Below, one piece after another: positions 16,201 to 27,465 of a stretch of 64,000 bases of DNA (positions are counted from its first letter, which is position 1; each line of letters begins with the position of its first letter). The notes beneath the pieces were generated by a model. The model did not search any database and was not told where the DNA came from. It was given only the letters and a program-made list of their open reading frames with translations. The position numbers were made by a program, and so were the translations under genes. The stretch is from Phoronis australis (Eukaryota; Animalia; Phoronida), in contig NMRA01000145.1 of the NCBI GenBank assembly GCA_002633005.1, positions 399,898 to 463,897 of the forward strand, given 5' to 3'.

Positions 16201-17887
16201 CTAATTTGCGCGCTCAGATTTTGCCATAATAGGATGCAGTCTCTTGGTCCTGTTGGTTCGAATTAGGTGAGGTGTTGGGGTTTTTTTTTTTCAAAGAAAA
16301 TTTCTGTTCAGGGCTTTACATAAAGACGTGTATGCCTAATTCTAACTCTACGTACATATGGGACAGTAAGTTTTTGTTCACTAAATGGTATTATAGCAGT
16401 TGATCAGGTTTCTAGACAAAAAGTTCCTTAAATGATAATGAAAATTACTGTTTGATTGGCTGTTTACTCCCACAGTGTGCCATATGCTACAGCTGGATAG
16501 GCTGAGAGACTCAGTTGAGACACCAGCTCAAACGTGTCTGATCCCTAAGTCTGAACCTTGTGAACAGGTTGACACAACACCCCTGATGGAGGCAGTAAGT
16601 GAGGAAGGAATTGTAGTGAAGGAAGAAGAAGGGAGTAGCCTATCTGAAGCGTCAGGCAGTCTGTATGTTCCCAGCACCTCCCACGGATCCTGTCCAGAAC
16701 AAATGAAAAGGCAATGTTTTTAACATGAACTTGTTGGCTTTGCATGTATAGCTGCATTTCACCCTGTTTAGCTGGTTAAAAAATGAAAATTAAATTAAAA
16801 CATTTAGTCTCATAATATTGGTCTCATAATGCTCCGTACAATGATAGGATTCTATTTCCATTGTCACCTACACCATCGAAATCATCAGCTACTCATTGCA
16901 AATGCTTTGAGTTCATTGGGGTTGGACTACCCTAAAATTAGGAATGTAAAATGGCGCATTCATGTATTGCCGGCTCATTCGGCAGCAAGTCAAAATTGGA
17001 TAAATGCTATATTTTCAAAATTCACCATTGGCATATAAATAGGGTACTGCTTTCTTCAATTTCAAATTGGCTGCGCTAAGCAGCCATTCCTATTGTCTGC
17101 TTTAAACCAGGACAAAATCAGTGATTTGAATAGCTTTTGGGGGATTTTGCAAATTATGCATGTTTTCGAAAGTACCTTGTTGTGTAAATCATAGAACAGT
17201 TTGAAAATTCTTGATTAGATCAAAAAGGCATAGATGGTTTTGGTTTCTGTTTTTTTTTCTTGAAAATAGGGTTGGTTGTGCAGTGTCTTTTTTAGCTATT
17301 CCCTTTTCAAAAAAGAAAATCCACCTGAGATGAGTGGCAAAAATGATGCAGGATTTGTTTTTTACTCTTCGCTTGGCCAAACATGGCATTTCAAACCTTG
17401 CTTCTGTGCCCTTGTGCAGCTTTTCAAAAAATGTGGCCGTGGCTATCAAATTGATGTGGGGCGTTTTTTCAGTCAATGAGTGCGTGTCCATGATATGAGT
17501 GGGGTAGAGAGACTTGAACCATCTAATTAGATGCTGATTTGGTCTTGTACCATTACTGATTATTTAGCCATTAAGATACTGTGCATATTGTATAGTTTCA
17601 TGTTTTTATGTTTAGCATGGGTTACTGATGTCCTTTTATTTTATAGGACTTCTGGAAACAAGACGAGCGATTGGGTTTTCAAGAATGAAGACAGAAAGTA
17701 CTTGGTTTTTGAAAGTGTGCTCCTGGATTTGCTATCCACTTGCAGGACTTGTAAAAGTGTCGCTGAACCTCACATAGTGAAGTTTTTAGGCACATTTGTT
17801 CATATTGGCCAAGTATGTTCTAAAAACACATGTAAAGGATATACATGGGACTCACAGCTAATGCATGGTAATATGCCACTTGTATGA
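13114..17887 (+). CDS. THAP-domain (C2CH zinc finger) protein, five exons, about 379 aa, with a transposase-like Cys-rich C-terminal segment
   Basis: Exons 13114(or 13102)-13361, 14457-14589, 15354-15636, 16476-16710 and 17647-17887 are frame-compatible; the last intron needs a GC donor. THAP signature: CVCGGC..FSFPKD..W..CSDHF..LVRNAVPTI, with the AVPTI box supplied by exon 2. The last exon reads RKYLVFESVLLDLLSTCRTCKS..GTFVHIGQVCSKNTCKGYTWDSQ..GNMPLV*. Confidence 0.8.
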
Positions 17888-20800
17888 AATATTCTGAACA
17901 ATGTTTAAAATCTTTGAACCATCTCAGAGGTTTTTCTGCTCAACACTATTTATTCTTATTGCTGTAAAATGATAGCAACATTCTCAGGGAGTGTACATGA
18001 TGTGGAACCATAGTAACTGTTGTTTCTATGAATTACCACCAAAGATTTTTTGGATAAACTAAAACTGACGGACCGAAACAAAGTCAATTGATCCTTAATG
18101 ATTGCAGAAACAGAACACATGTATAAAAATGTACACAAGAAATTTGCAATCACATAAACATACTTGATTTTATACATTCGAGTGGGATACTCCAGACATT
18201 TTTGTGTAACTAACATGGAATAAAAATCAAGGAGGATTTATAAGTGCTAAAAATCTCACATGTGTAGAAATTAGTCATCACAATTTTGTGGAAAAACATG
18301 ATCACAGGACCACAAATAAAATGTGCAGGTATTATTTTTGTCCTCATAGCATGTGTCTTTGACAACGACTTTCTAGAAAGTCAACTTGGAATGGAGGCTC
18401 CAGGGGCTGAAAATTAGTACTGAAAATTAAATAAATTTAATTCTTGGTAACTATGGCACGCAATTATCTTCAAAATCAACTACTGGTTATAATTGGTTGG
18501 TTTGTTGAGAAAATTTGTCAGATTCCGATGACTAGTTGAAACTATGCACAGTGTGTTCTTCATTACCTTGAATAGGAAAAGTAGAACAAGTTTTACAAAA
18601 GTCTCCTACTGACTCAGCTGTTAACTGCAGATATGCGATATGTCGCTTTTTTATGCACCAACCTGCTCATGTAGTTGCATACTGTAATACTGTTCGGTAG
18701 GTCAGTTGTCTGCTTGATATCTGAAGCACTTGATTGACTGTTGATGAAATTTGTGTAGGGCATTACTAGGGCGGTGCATGCTACTTTGTATTCTGTCTCC
18801 TCACATCAATATCAGAAATGTGCTAATTGCCAGTGGGTGAATTTTTTCTGTTTAATAATTGTCCGTAATTTTTATCCTAGTAACGTATCTGCATGGAAGT
18901 ATCTTCTAACTCTAAGTGGTTGTGTTGTTTATGGGCAGCGCTCGCACACAGGCTAGATGTGACTAAATTTGCGGTTTGCAACCTTGGTGCATGTGGCGGT
19001 GTTGTTCGTGAAAGTCATGCAGCAATATCCCTGCATTGATCCAAATCACCTCATCAACACCGATTGTGTGGCAGGCCTCGAGTGCGACATCGCCGACTGA
19101 AAATTCAAATCGGAACATATTCCACTTCTGCGGCATCCGGTTATTGCCACCAATCAGAGCGCACAAATTGCGATTAACTAAGAGGATTATGTTAACTTCG
19201 TTTTAGACATAGACAGTGGCTCTTTCATCCCAGTGGCAATGGGCTATATGGAAATATATTACTAGTTGTTTCATTTGTAATAATACACGTGATTTGTGTT
19301 TTTGTTTGTTATTTTGATTATGATAAATGCTTAAAAAATTATATAACCCTTTCGATAGACTTTGCAGCAAAACAGTGCCTTTTGTTCAGTTTGTAACCCA
19401 TAAAAAGTGAACCCTTTTGATGTAAGGAATTTGGTCGTAAAAACAGTTAAGTGTTGATTATGACCCAATAGGGGTCACTGCTGTTAGGAGTTTCCCCGGG
19501 TTTTATCCGTTTACTGGGTTTAGAGTTATCACATCATGTTACCACGTACCACGTGGCATCCGGACCAACAGGAGAGACCTAGTCATCTGTAAGCCAGACC
19601 GGGCTGCCTTAACGACAGCACCCACTGAGGCACTTAATTGCTCGGTGTCATAGTAATTTAGGGGGTCTGTGCAAGATTTAACCAAACTACCGGCCATTAG
19701 GAGTGTTTCCTGGCGCACAAAACAGGGCCGGGGCCCCTCCTTGCACTCGCAAGATCCTACGCAACTTGTAAGTTTTTCCTCTAAATTATTGTTTTCGAAC
19801 TTGTAAGCAACCCTCGGCTACTACTTTGTGACAGATTTGTGTATTTCTTTTCGTTTAACTTTGTATTTGAGTTCACTCATGTCTTAAATCAATGTACCGA
19901 AAACATTACGAGAAAACAAGATATGTGCCCCCCCCCCTTAATTTGCGTCGTTCCGATGAATCCGTGGCAGTTTGGCATAGGGAAAAATGGCAGGGGCAGG
20001 CGGACATGGGAAAAGAAAGACAGCGAAGTACGTAGACGAGAACAATTTTACTGAAGAGAGCATTTATCGACTACCACAGTAGTGGATTTATGCACAGATT
20101 TTCCACAGCGAAATTGGAACAGGTTTCTAAATCTGAAGCCAATTAAAGGGAATGCAAAGCTGCATTTCTTCAAGAACCCCTCTTTACCGCAAGTCTTCTG
20201 TCGTTCTCATTTTCCGAAATTTGTAATTGCATATTACCTTATTTAAATTGGAATCCTGAAGGAGAGAAGCCCCAATATCAATTATCAATTGCTGCTCATC
20301 GTGCAATACTTTAAATTATGTCTTTTCGGATTTAAAGGCCCTATCCGTCCTAGGAGGCGAGCCCGTTGTGAATATCCATGGACATGCTTTTCCTGTAATA
20401 ATAAGAGGAAATAGAAATCAAGAAAGGAAATCCTCTTGAAAGAGGAAAATTCCAACTTCTGTATAGCGGGTATCGTCGGCGTTTTGCGATTAGACCGTAT
20501 TTCCTTGAATTGTGACTCGGGTTTTGATTTTCACGCGTGCATGTGGCGAAACGTTCTTCTTGAGCAACATCAAGTGGGATATTGCTGTCTGTGACTGCCT
20601 TAATTATTCTTAAGAGACCTCTCACGGAGAGGGCCTCCAGTAATGGAATCAAAATCATATCTTTTCTGTTTTTGTAAAATCTTACAACTTTTTATGTTGA
20701 GGAAGGCCACTTCTTGGAGTGTCCCCCCGATGATGGAGTTATTTGTGACTGCCATTTTTTGGATAACACAGCCTTTCATGTTGAAGGGGACCCTTTCAGG

Positions 20801-23800
20801 GGCGGCACGGGGCAATAAAATTGGCACTGTCAACTACATATTCACCGACAGAATTGCATGTTCATGCGTAGCAAATTAACACCAAGACATGCGACCCACA
20901 AAACCAAAAATGTGTGATTGTATTGACAGTAAAAAACAATAGTATTGACCGCTCTCAAAAGGATGGAAGTTTGGAGAACTTGAACACCACTTTGTATGAA
21001 TTGCACAAAGACAAGATTCTCGATGGATTTATAAAATTGTCGAAACTTTTTTCAAAAGAATTTCCTCAAAAATAGTATTTATTTTGAAGATCGTAATTAG
21101 GACAACATTGTTGATGAAGAGGATCGATTGTTTGTCGCGACACACTGCCGGAAGTATAATTCTTGATGTTCATGCCAAGGTGAACATTTCTAACGGATTA
21201 AGTTACTCAAAACACGTGCAGTCATTAACAAATACTTCTTTTTGGCACCCTAATAAAGTGAAATTCATAAAAGGTACCCCTCAAAGTCAAAATCAGATAG
21301 ACACGAAATTGCATGTGCTCCTGTTTAAAAGCGAGCCACTTCCTCGCGGAATTTTAGTGAAGTACGGGCACCCATGTTTTCAGTGACAGTCTCCTCACAA
21401 ACAGGAAACTTCGCTCGCCTATTGCAAGGGGAGCGCCTACTGGGCGGGGGGTAAACCTGGTGATAAACGGGACAAACGTTTGGCGAAGTAGAATTACTTT
21501 GTGCCCTCCCCCTTTACCTAATAACTATACTTCCCTACCTACAACCCTGCTGAAGCGACGAAAGATGTGGGAACGGGGGTAAAATTGGTGTCGACAGTGA
21601 GGCAGGTGGAGGTAAAACGGGTAGCGACTGGGAATGGAGGGGAATAAAACTTGTCAGTGTCCACCTCAAGGCAGCGAAATTGAGTGACGGCGGAAGCGAA
21701 ACTGGAGTCCCCCAACCAGAGAACAAAGGATTGCGCTCAAATTTGTTGCTCCCCACGAAAGCAAAGCTTCCTACACACGTCGGGAACTATACTTGATTCT
21801 GCGTGACCCTGAACACTGCGTTCAGTTGTGGAAGTTTTTAACAAGATAAATTAGAGATAGGACGTCTGATCACAAAGTATATCAGCTATTAAAATGAGCG
21901 TTCTCAAACAAAGTGCCGACTAATCACGTTAGAGCGTCTTGAATAAAAAAGCTTAGCCGTGTGTGATGTCATCGGAACGTAGCTTTCTCACGGTAAGAAG
22001 TCAAATCTACCGTTAGATGTAAGACGAAGGATAAGAAGGCAAATCAGACATCTAACCAGTGTTCACGTGTGAATTTCGAAGAGACCTCCAAGCTGCCTTC
22101 TGACGGCATGTGAACTGCAGATTAACACAATGCAATTGAATAAAACTTTTCTTAAAACACGCCCCCAAATTTGGACATAGTAGGAAATGTACCATTGTTC
22201 CTCAGCTCGTTGCCTGCTCATGCAGAACGCTGGCTGCAAGAAATTTTGTTTTGTGCACCTCATCAGGAAGGGAAAGATGAAACGGGTGTTCATTATTTTA
22301 ATACATTTATTTTCGCAGGCAGAAATCATATTATTAATGATTCGTGTGGGGGGGGGGAAGTGGCCCCCACTACAAATCCTTACAACATAAAAACAACACG
22401 TCATATAGAACAAATAAATATTTTGCAAGTAACTCATCGTGATTGACTGTTCATTATACATGAAAAGCTTTTTAGCTGTAACCAAACACCTTTGTGCTTT
22501 GATTAAAAATTAATTCATTTCATCGAATCCCAGTTTCCCATAGACGTGACATTCAAGACAAAAAGGGACAAGTTCATTCGACCTGGTTGTGTTATCACAA
22601 TGAGCTGCAAATAACACACACGAGGTACGGTCTTCAGCAGTTTCCTTGCTTTTCCAAAGTGGCTATGCGAAAGAAAGACGTATGGGTAGGTCTTCATACA
22701 TAGGGTCTGTCGGCATTTTGTTCTGAAGGTTATGCAGGATCCTAGAAAAATTCCAGATTTGGCTAACTTCGGAACATCACGTCTCAGAAATGGCTTATGG
22801 GATTCACATGATATTTTCAGATATGCTTTATGTATCGTTCTCCAAAAAAAGCTTTCAGGGATTGTTTTAAAGTGTTCCAATTTTGGTTAGGGGTCTATCA
22901 AAATATAGAACTTTTTAGGATTTTCATGAAAAAAATTAAGCTGCACAAAACGAAAACGAAATATTTTAGATAACTCTAACAGCGTTTTTCAGATCTCACT
23001 TGAACATCTATATCAAATAAAATTTGATCATGTTATAGATACCGTCGTTTCTCGCTATCAATGTATCTGACTTTCTCTATATTTTCTAGAAAGACATGGT
23101 CATGTACCCCATAGCACATTTGGTAAAAAGTCAAAAATCATATTCTACAGGGCTTCTAATTTCAGAAAATATACACTCTTAATGAGTTAAATTTATAGTT
23201 TTGCAAAATACACAGACGTGTCAGTGAGGTTAGTCAACATCATCTAAAGTCCCCAAGCCGAGCCCTTTTGCTGCGTTCTTCCTTTTCGTTAACTTCATTA
23301 TTTTGCCTGCTGCTAGCTTAAATCTGAGAGCAGTATAAACAGTCCCAGTAACAGAGGACTGAAGCCGTGTTCCTGCATATTTCTTAAAGTGACAACAGTT
23401 TTTTGATACAGGTAATGCTTTCCTAATCTGAAGGCCAAAGAGCTCTAAAAATGTAAACATTCGTTATATGGATCTGAACAAGGAATGGCACCAGGGGAAA
23501 GGAGTAGAATGACTTACATCCGAAAAAATGGCGTTGCACTGGTCAACAGGCAATAGAAATCAGTGCTAACTTGACAATGGTGAATTCAACACAAGGGGTG
23601 TTTGAATCCCCCGAGGATAAATCACAACAAAACCATTTTTTAAAACAATTAACCTTTTTTAAGAGATCAAAGTAAATGAGCATGAATACAGAAATGAGTT
23701 TCGTATGTACATTATTCACAATATAAACATGAAAAAGATCAGTGCGAAAGGCATAAAACATGATATCACAATACAAGTTTACAAAATACAAGTTTACAAA

Positions 23801-24347
23801 ATCCTTGCCAAGGCACAAGTGGCACAACTTGAGCAAAAAGAGCGTTCTTCACGAGACAGTTTCATTACAGATAACACTACATCCACAAAGAATTTCAATA
23901 CAATAGCTTTTGTTTCAAAAACACTAACTGTGGGTATATCCCTAAAGGTGTTGTTTCTACTGAAATGTGTTGCTGTGAAAACTTAGAACAAGAGAAATAC
24001 TTATCTAGCTAAAACAAAATGATTGCCAATAATCTCCAACAGGCAAAATGTCTCATACGGTATACCGAAAACGTAAATTGCTTCTCAGCATGCGCAATTT
24101 AAAGCTCGATGCAGTGATTGCATAAAACTCCACCAAAGACGTGTGGCTCAAAACAGCCAGTCTCCCAATCACTGGCAAAACAGTGTTCATTGAGCAAATA
24201 TTCTTTTTCGTTTTTGGCATCCGGTAAGCACAGAAGTGCAGTAAGTTTTTGCTACATCCTGGCAACGGAATCGTGACAGTCCACGACGCCACTGGTCATG
24301 ACGGCGGTGATGGCGGTACGACCCAAACTTGGTTGCACATAAAGTTT

Positions 24348-24983
24348 TTAGTGAAGTCGGAACAGCCTGTCACTTCTGTACATATCGTCCTGATATCGAG
24401 TAAATTCCCCGTTTATGTGCGGAAATCGCCTCTGTATCGATCCCGTCATGATGGGGGGAAGCGCTGACCCCGCGCCCCAATTTGGGGGGGAGATACGGCT
24501 GGGCCTTCCATTTGAAGGAAACAACTGTCGTAGAGTTGACCACGATTCGCACCTAGTACTTGGCTGAGATCTGTACATTTGCAACTCCTCGTGACTACGT
24601 TCGTGTTTTCTAGGATTCATATCTCCAACAGGCACCCAGTGACTAGGAGCGTCCGGCTGATCTGGTCCGGCCAACCATTTGTGCCTGGCGACCGGAGCAA
24701 TGTCCCGCTCGTCAAGCGGAGTGTAGCGCTGACGGACCCAAACTACCTCGTTACTTCCAAAGATATTCCTCAGAGGTTTTTCGTCTACAGGCGGTGCCAC
24801 TTGCTTGTACCGAAGTAGGCGGGTTGGTGATTCATAATATCCTTCATTTCTTGCGTTTTCCACCTGTTTCTCGATATTATATTGTAGCTTAAAGGCTCCA
24901 AAGTTTCCCATACACAACGAAGCCATGTTGCGCGAAACTGTCTTGTGTTGGTCTGCGGCGTATTGGCCAATCGTGAAACGCAT
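24348..24983 (-). CDS. Uncharacterised 211-aa protein, single coding exon, divergent from FOXJ1 (candidate ciliary/axonemal protein)
   Basis: GC-elevated 636-nt ORF in an AT-rich background, first ATG at 24983, non-repetitive protein-like composition, ending RRFPHINGEFTRYQDDMYRSDRLFRLH*. I do not recognise the family with certainty. Confidence 0.75.
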   Translation of the reverse strand: MRFTIGQYAADQHKTVSRNMASLCMGNFGAFKLQYNIEKQVENARNEGYYESPTRLLRYKQVAPPVDEKPLRNIFGSNEVVWVRQRYTPLDERDIAPVARHKWLAGPDQPDAPSHWVPVGDMNPRKHERSHEELQMYRSQPSTRCESWSTLRQLFPSNGRPSRISPPNWGAGSALPPIMTGSIQRRFPHINGEFTRYQDDMYRSDRLFRLH

Positions 24984-25390
24984 GACAGAACTCTTCGTTA
25001 GGTCAGACGGCTTAGCAACAAACAAACAAAGAAGCCAATCGGATAGCGACGTGCTTGTTTATTCGGGTTTACACGTCGTCAAGTGAGTTCAATGATTACG
25101 GGCTGCAATCAGCTGAGACATCATTCTCTGTCTTGCGGCTTTCAGTAGCACGTCGGTGCGAGACACTCTTACCCTCGGATTATAAACAAACTTTTCTACC
25201 ATTTTATCACTGAAGTTGATACAGTTTTTACAGAATTTTTATTACAGCCGAATTCAAAAGGAAAGCTGCAATTTGTTACGTGTTTTCGGTAAGTTTTTGA
25301 CGATTTTTTTCCTCGGCCAGATTGATGTGCAACCTGTGCATAGATATCGATAAGGGACCACCCAACAGTGTTGTTTATGTTTGTTTACGT
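24984..25390. promoter_or_regulatory. Putative bidirectional promoter of FOXJ1 and the 211-aa gene
   Basis: RFX half-site-like TTAGCAAC at 25012-25019; CCAAT at 25035-25039; forkhead-type cores TGTTTAT 25056-25062, GTTTACA 25067-25073, ATAAACA 25182-25188 and TGTTTATGTTTGTTTAC 25372-25388; CpG-enriched; a + strand donor GTAAGT at 25289 marks a likely non-coding FOXJ1 exon 1. Confidence 0.55.
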
Positions 25391-25918
25391 CATTGATACG
25401 TGAACATATGGAATGGGACTTAGTGTAAGACAGCCCGTGGCCACAAGTTCGGTGCGAACTTCCATAAGCAGTGATAAATCATAAATGTCTCCATATCGTT
25501 TTAGATGGGCGTGCTTGCTTATCATTCCAATAGAGGCATAGATAACACTCTTCGCTAATAGCAATGGCATATTTGTCTACACCGTTATTTATTATTTATG
25601 GAGTAATTGGCAACTGTTTAACTTGCACTGTTATTTTACAATTCTCCAGTTGATGTGTACAAAATTGTACCAATGCAGATGTATGATCACTGTAGAACGA
25701 TCAATATTGGAATATTGATGTCTTGCCTTGATGTAAGCCGAATATCAGGTGTGACAAAATTTCATTTGTTTCTCCAACGATTACAAATGTGGTCATACCC
25801 ATTACTCAATAACATTGGTATGTTATGCACGTGGCATCATTTCACCTGTTCTTTACTTTCCAGAGTCCAACGTTGAACCGACAAGACGAAGTTCCCACAG
25901 ACTTACAGACAGGCTAGA

Positions 25919-27465
25919 ATGCCTATCCTGACCAAAAACCACCTGGCGCTCAAGTTCCAACAAAACTGGCTGGAGAAACATCCCAACGACGTGCCAGCAG
26001 CGTCCAAGGATGGTGGACTCGATGACAGTCTAACCAGTCTCAACTGGTTGCACAATCTAAACATCATGAACATAGGGACACCGACACCGCCAGCCAGTCC
26101 ACAACCCCCAAGTGAGAACAGTGGCGACTTCAAGGTCAACCCTAATCAAATCTTAAACGTGGGATATGTACAGCCACCAAAAATAGATCCTAAGTTTGCC
26201 ATTGGTGATCTTCCTGCGGCCATGCCGTCACCGTTGGATAAAATCAACTACAAGACGAATCCTTACGTGAAGCCACCGTACTCATACGCTACGCTGATTT
26301 GCATGGCTATGAAGGAGTCGAAGAAATCTAAAATCACTCTGTCGTCCATCTATAACTGGATTACTGATAACTTCATGTACTACAGACTGGCTGACCCCAG
26401 TTGGCAGGTAAGATTTTGTCCCACCTCTACATTTAACGATTAAATCTGTTAAAAGATAAGTTCAAGAGGTTGACTTTAATTGAAATTAAAGCCTTGATAT
26501 TGATACATCAATGTCAAGGCAACATTTTTTTAATTTGATTTAAAGAATGACTCATTTGTTTGATGGCTCTGTTACTTAGTACCCAAGTTCATTAGGGAAT
26601 ACTTCTCTACCCTATCAGCTTGTAGTTACTTGATAAAGTCTAGGTACTTTGAATTATCTTGATTAATTTTGTACACTACATTGAATTACAGAATTCCATT
26701 CGCCACAATCTGTCGCTGAACAAGTGTTTCCAGAAAGTGCCACGGCGAAAGGATGAACCCGGCAAGGGGGGTTTTTGGCGTATTAACCCAGAGTACAGTG
26801 ATATGTTTGTGAACGGAATAATCAAGAAACGTCGAGGAAGCAGCTTACAGGAGGGGTCGTCAGTTACGATGACGCCACCAAAGCGACCTCATGACAAAGA
26901 CAGTGACTTTGACGAACCCTCGAAGAAGGTGAAGGTTGAACGTGTTAATGGTGCTGAAGATGACGTTTTGCTCAATGGTGATGTAAGTTGGGATTCTCTT
27001 CTAAATCAGGACATCATTGTCAACGGAGTTAAAATTAAAACGGAGCAGATAATCGACGAGGACGACGTGTATGGTGTGGCCAGTCCTGTTATGGCTATGA
27101 GCCCTCCGTCATCAGACACAAACTCTGACGATATCGATGATATATTCGGCACCGATTTCGGGTCAGAGACCAGTGAGTTGGGCAAAGAAAACGAAGCCTT
27201 AGATCTCACAGTTCAAGGTGTGAAAATCGAGCCCCCGGATTGGTGGACGGACAGCATGAATACTGCGGCCCTGCGAGAATTCATGTCATCTCCACATCAC
27301 CCCAGCAGCGGCCTTAGTACACCCATTGCTCCATCACCCATACGTGATCTAGACTCGGTTCACCCGTGGGCGACCAACAGAACTGACATTGATGATGCTA
27401 TTGCTGCATTTGATCTCGACAACTTATTCGATATGGCCAACATTCCAAGCCCTCTAGGGTTATAG
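25919..27465 (+). CDS. FOXJ1: Forkhead box protein J1 (motile ciliogenesis regulator), 420 aa
   Basis: Coding exons 25919-26407 and 26692-27465 with a phase-0 GT-AG intron at [12 protein letters not shown]. FoxJ1-diagnostic [11 protein letters not shown] and [75 protein letters not shown]. There is an upstream acceptor at 25863 and a candidate AATAAA at 28661. Confidence 0.97.

Noticed and set aside
22063-23183. ORFs of 121-140 aa and a possible TTAA-ended element
   Set aside because: No recognisable domain. The region looks like decayed non-autonomous transposon DNA, but I could not match two termini.
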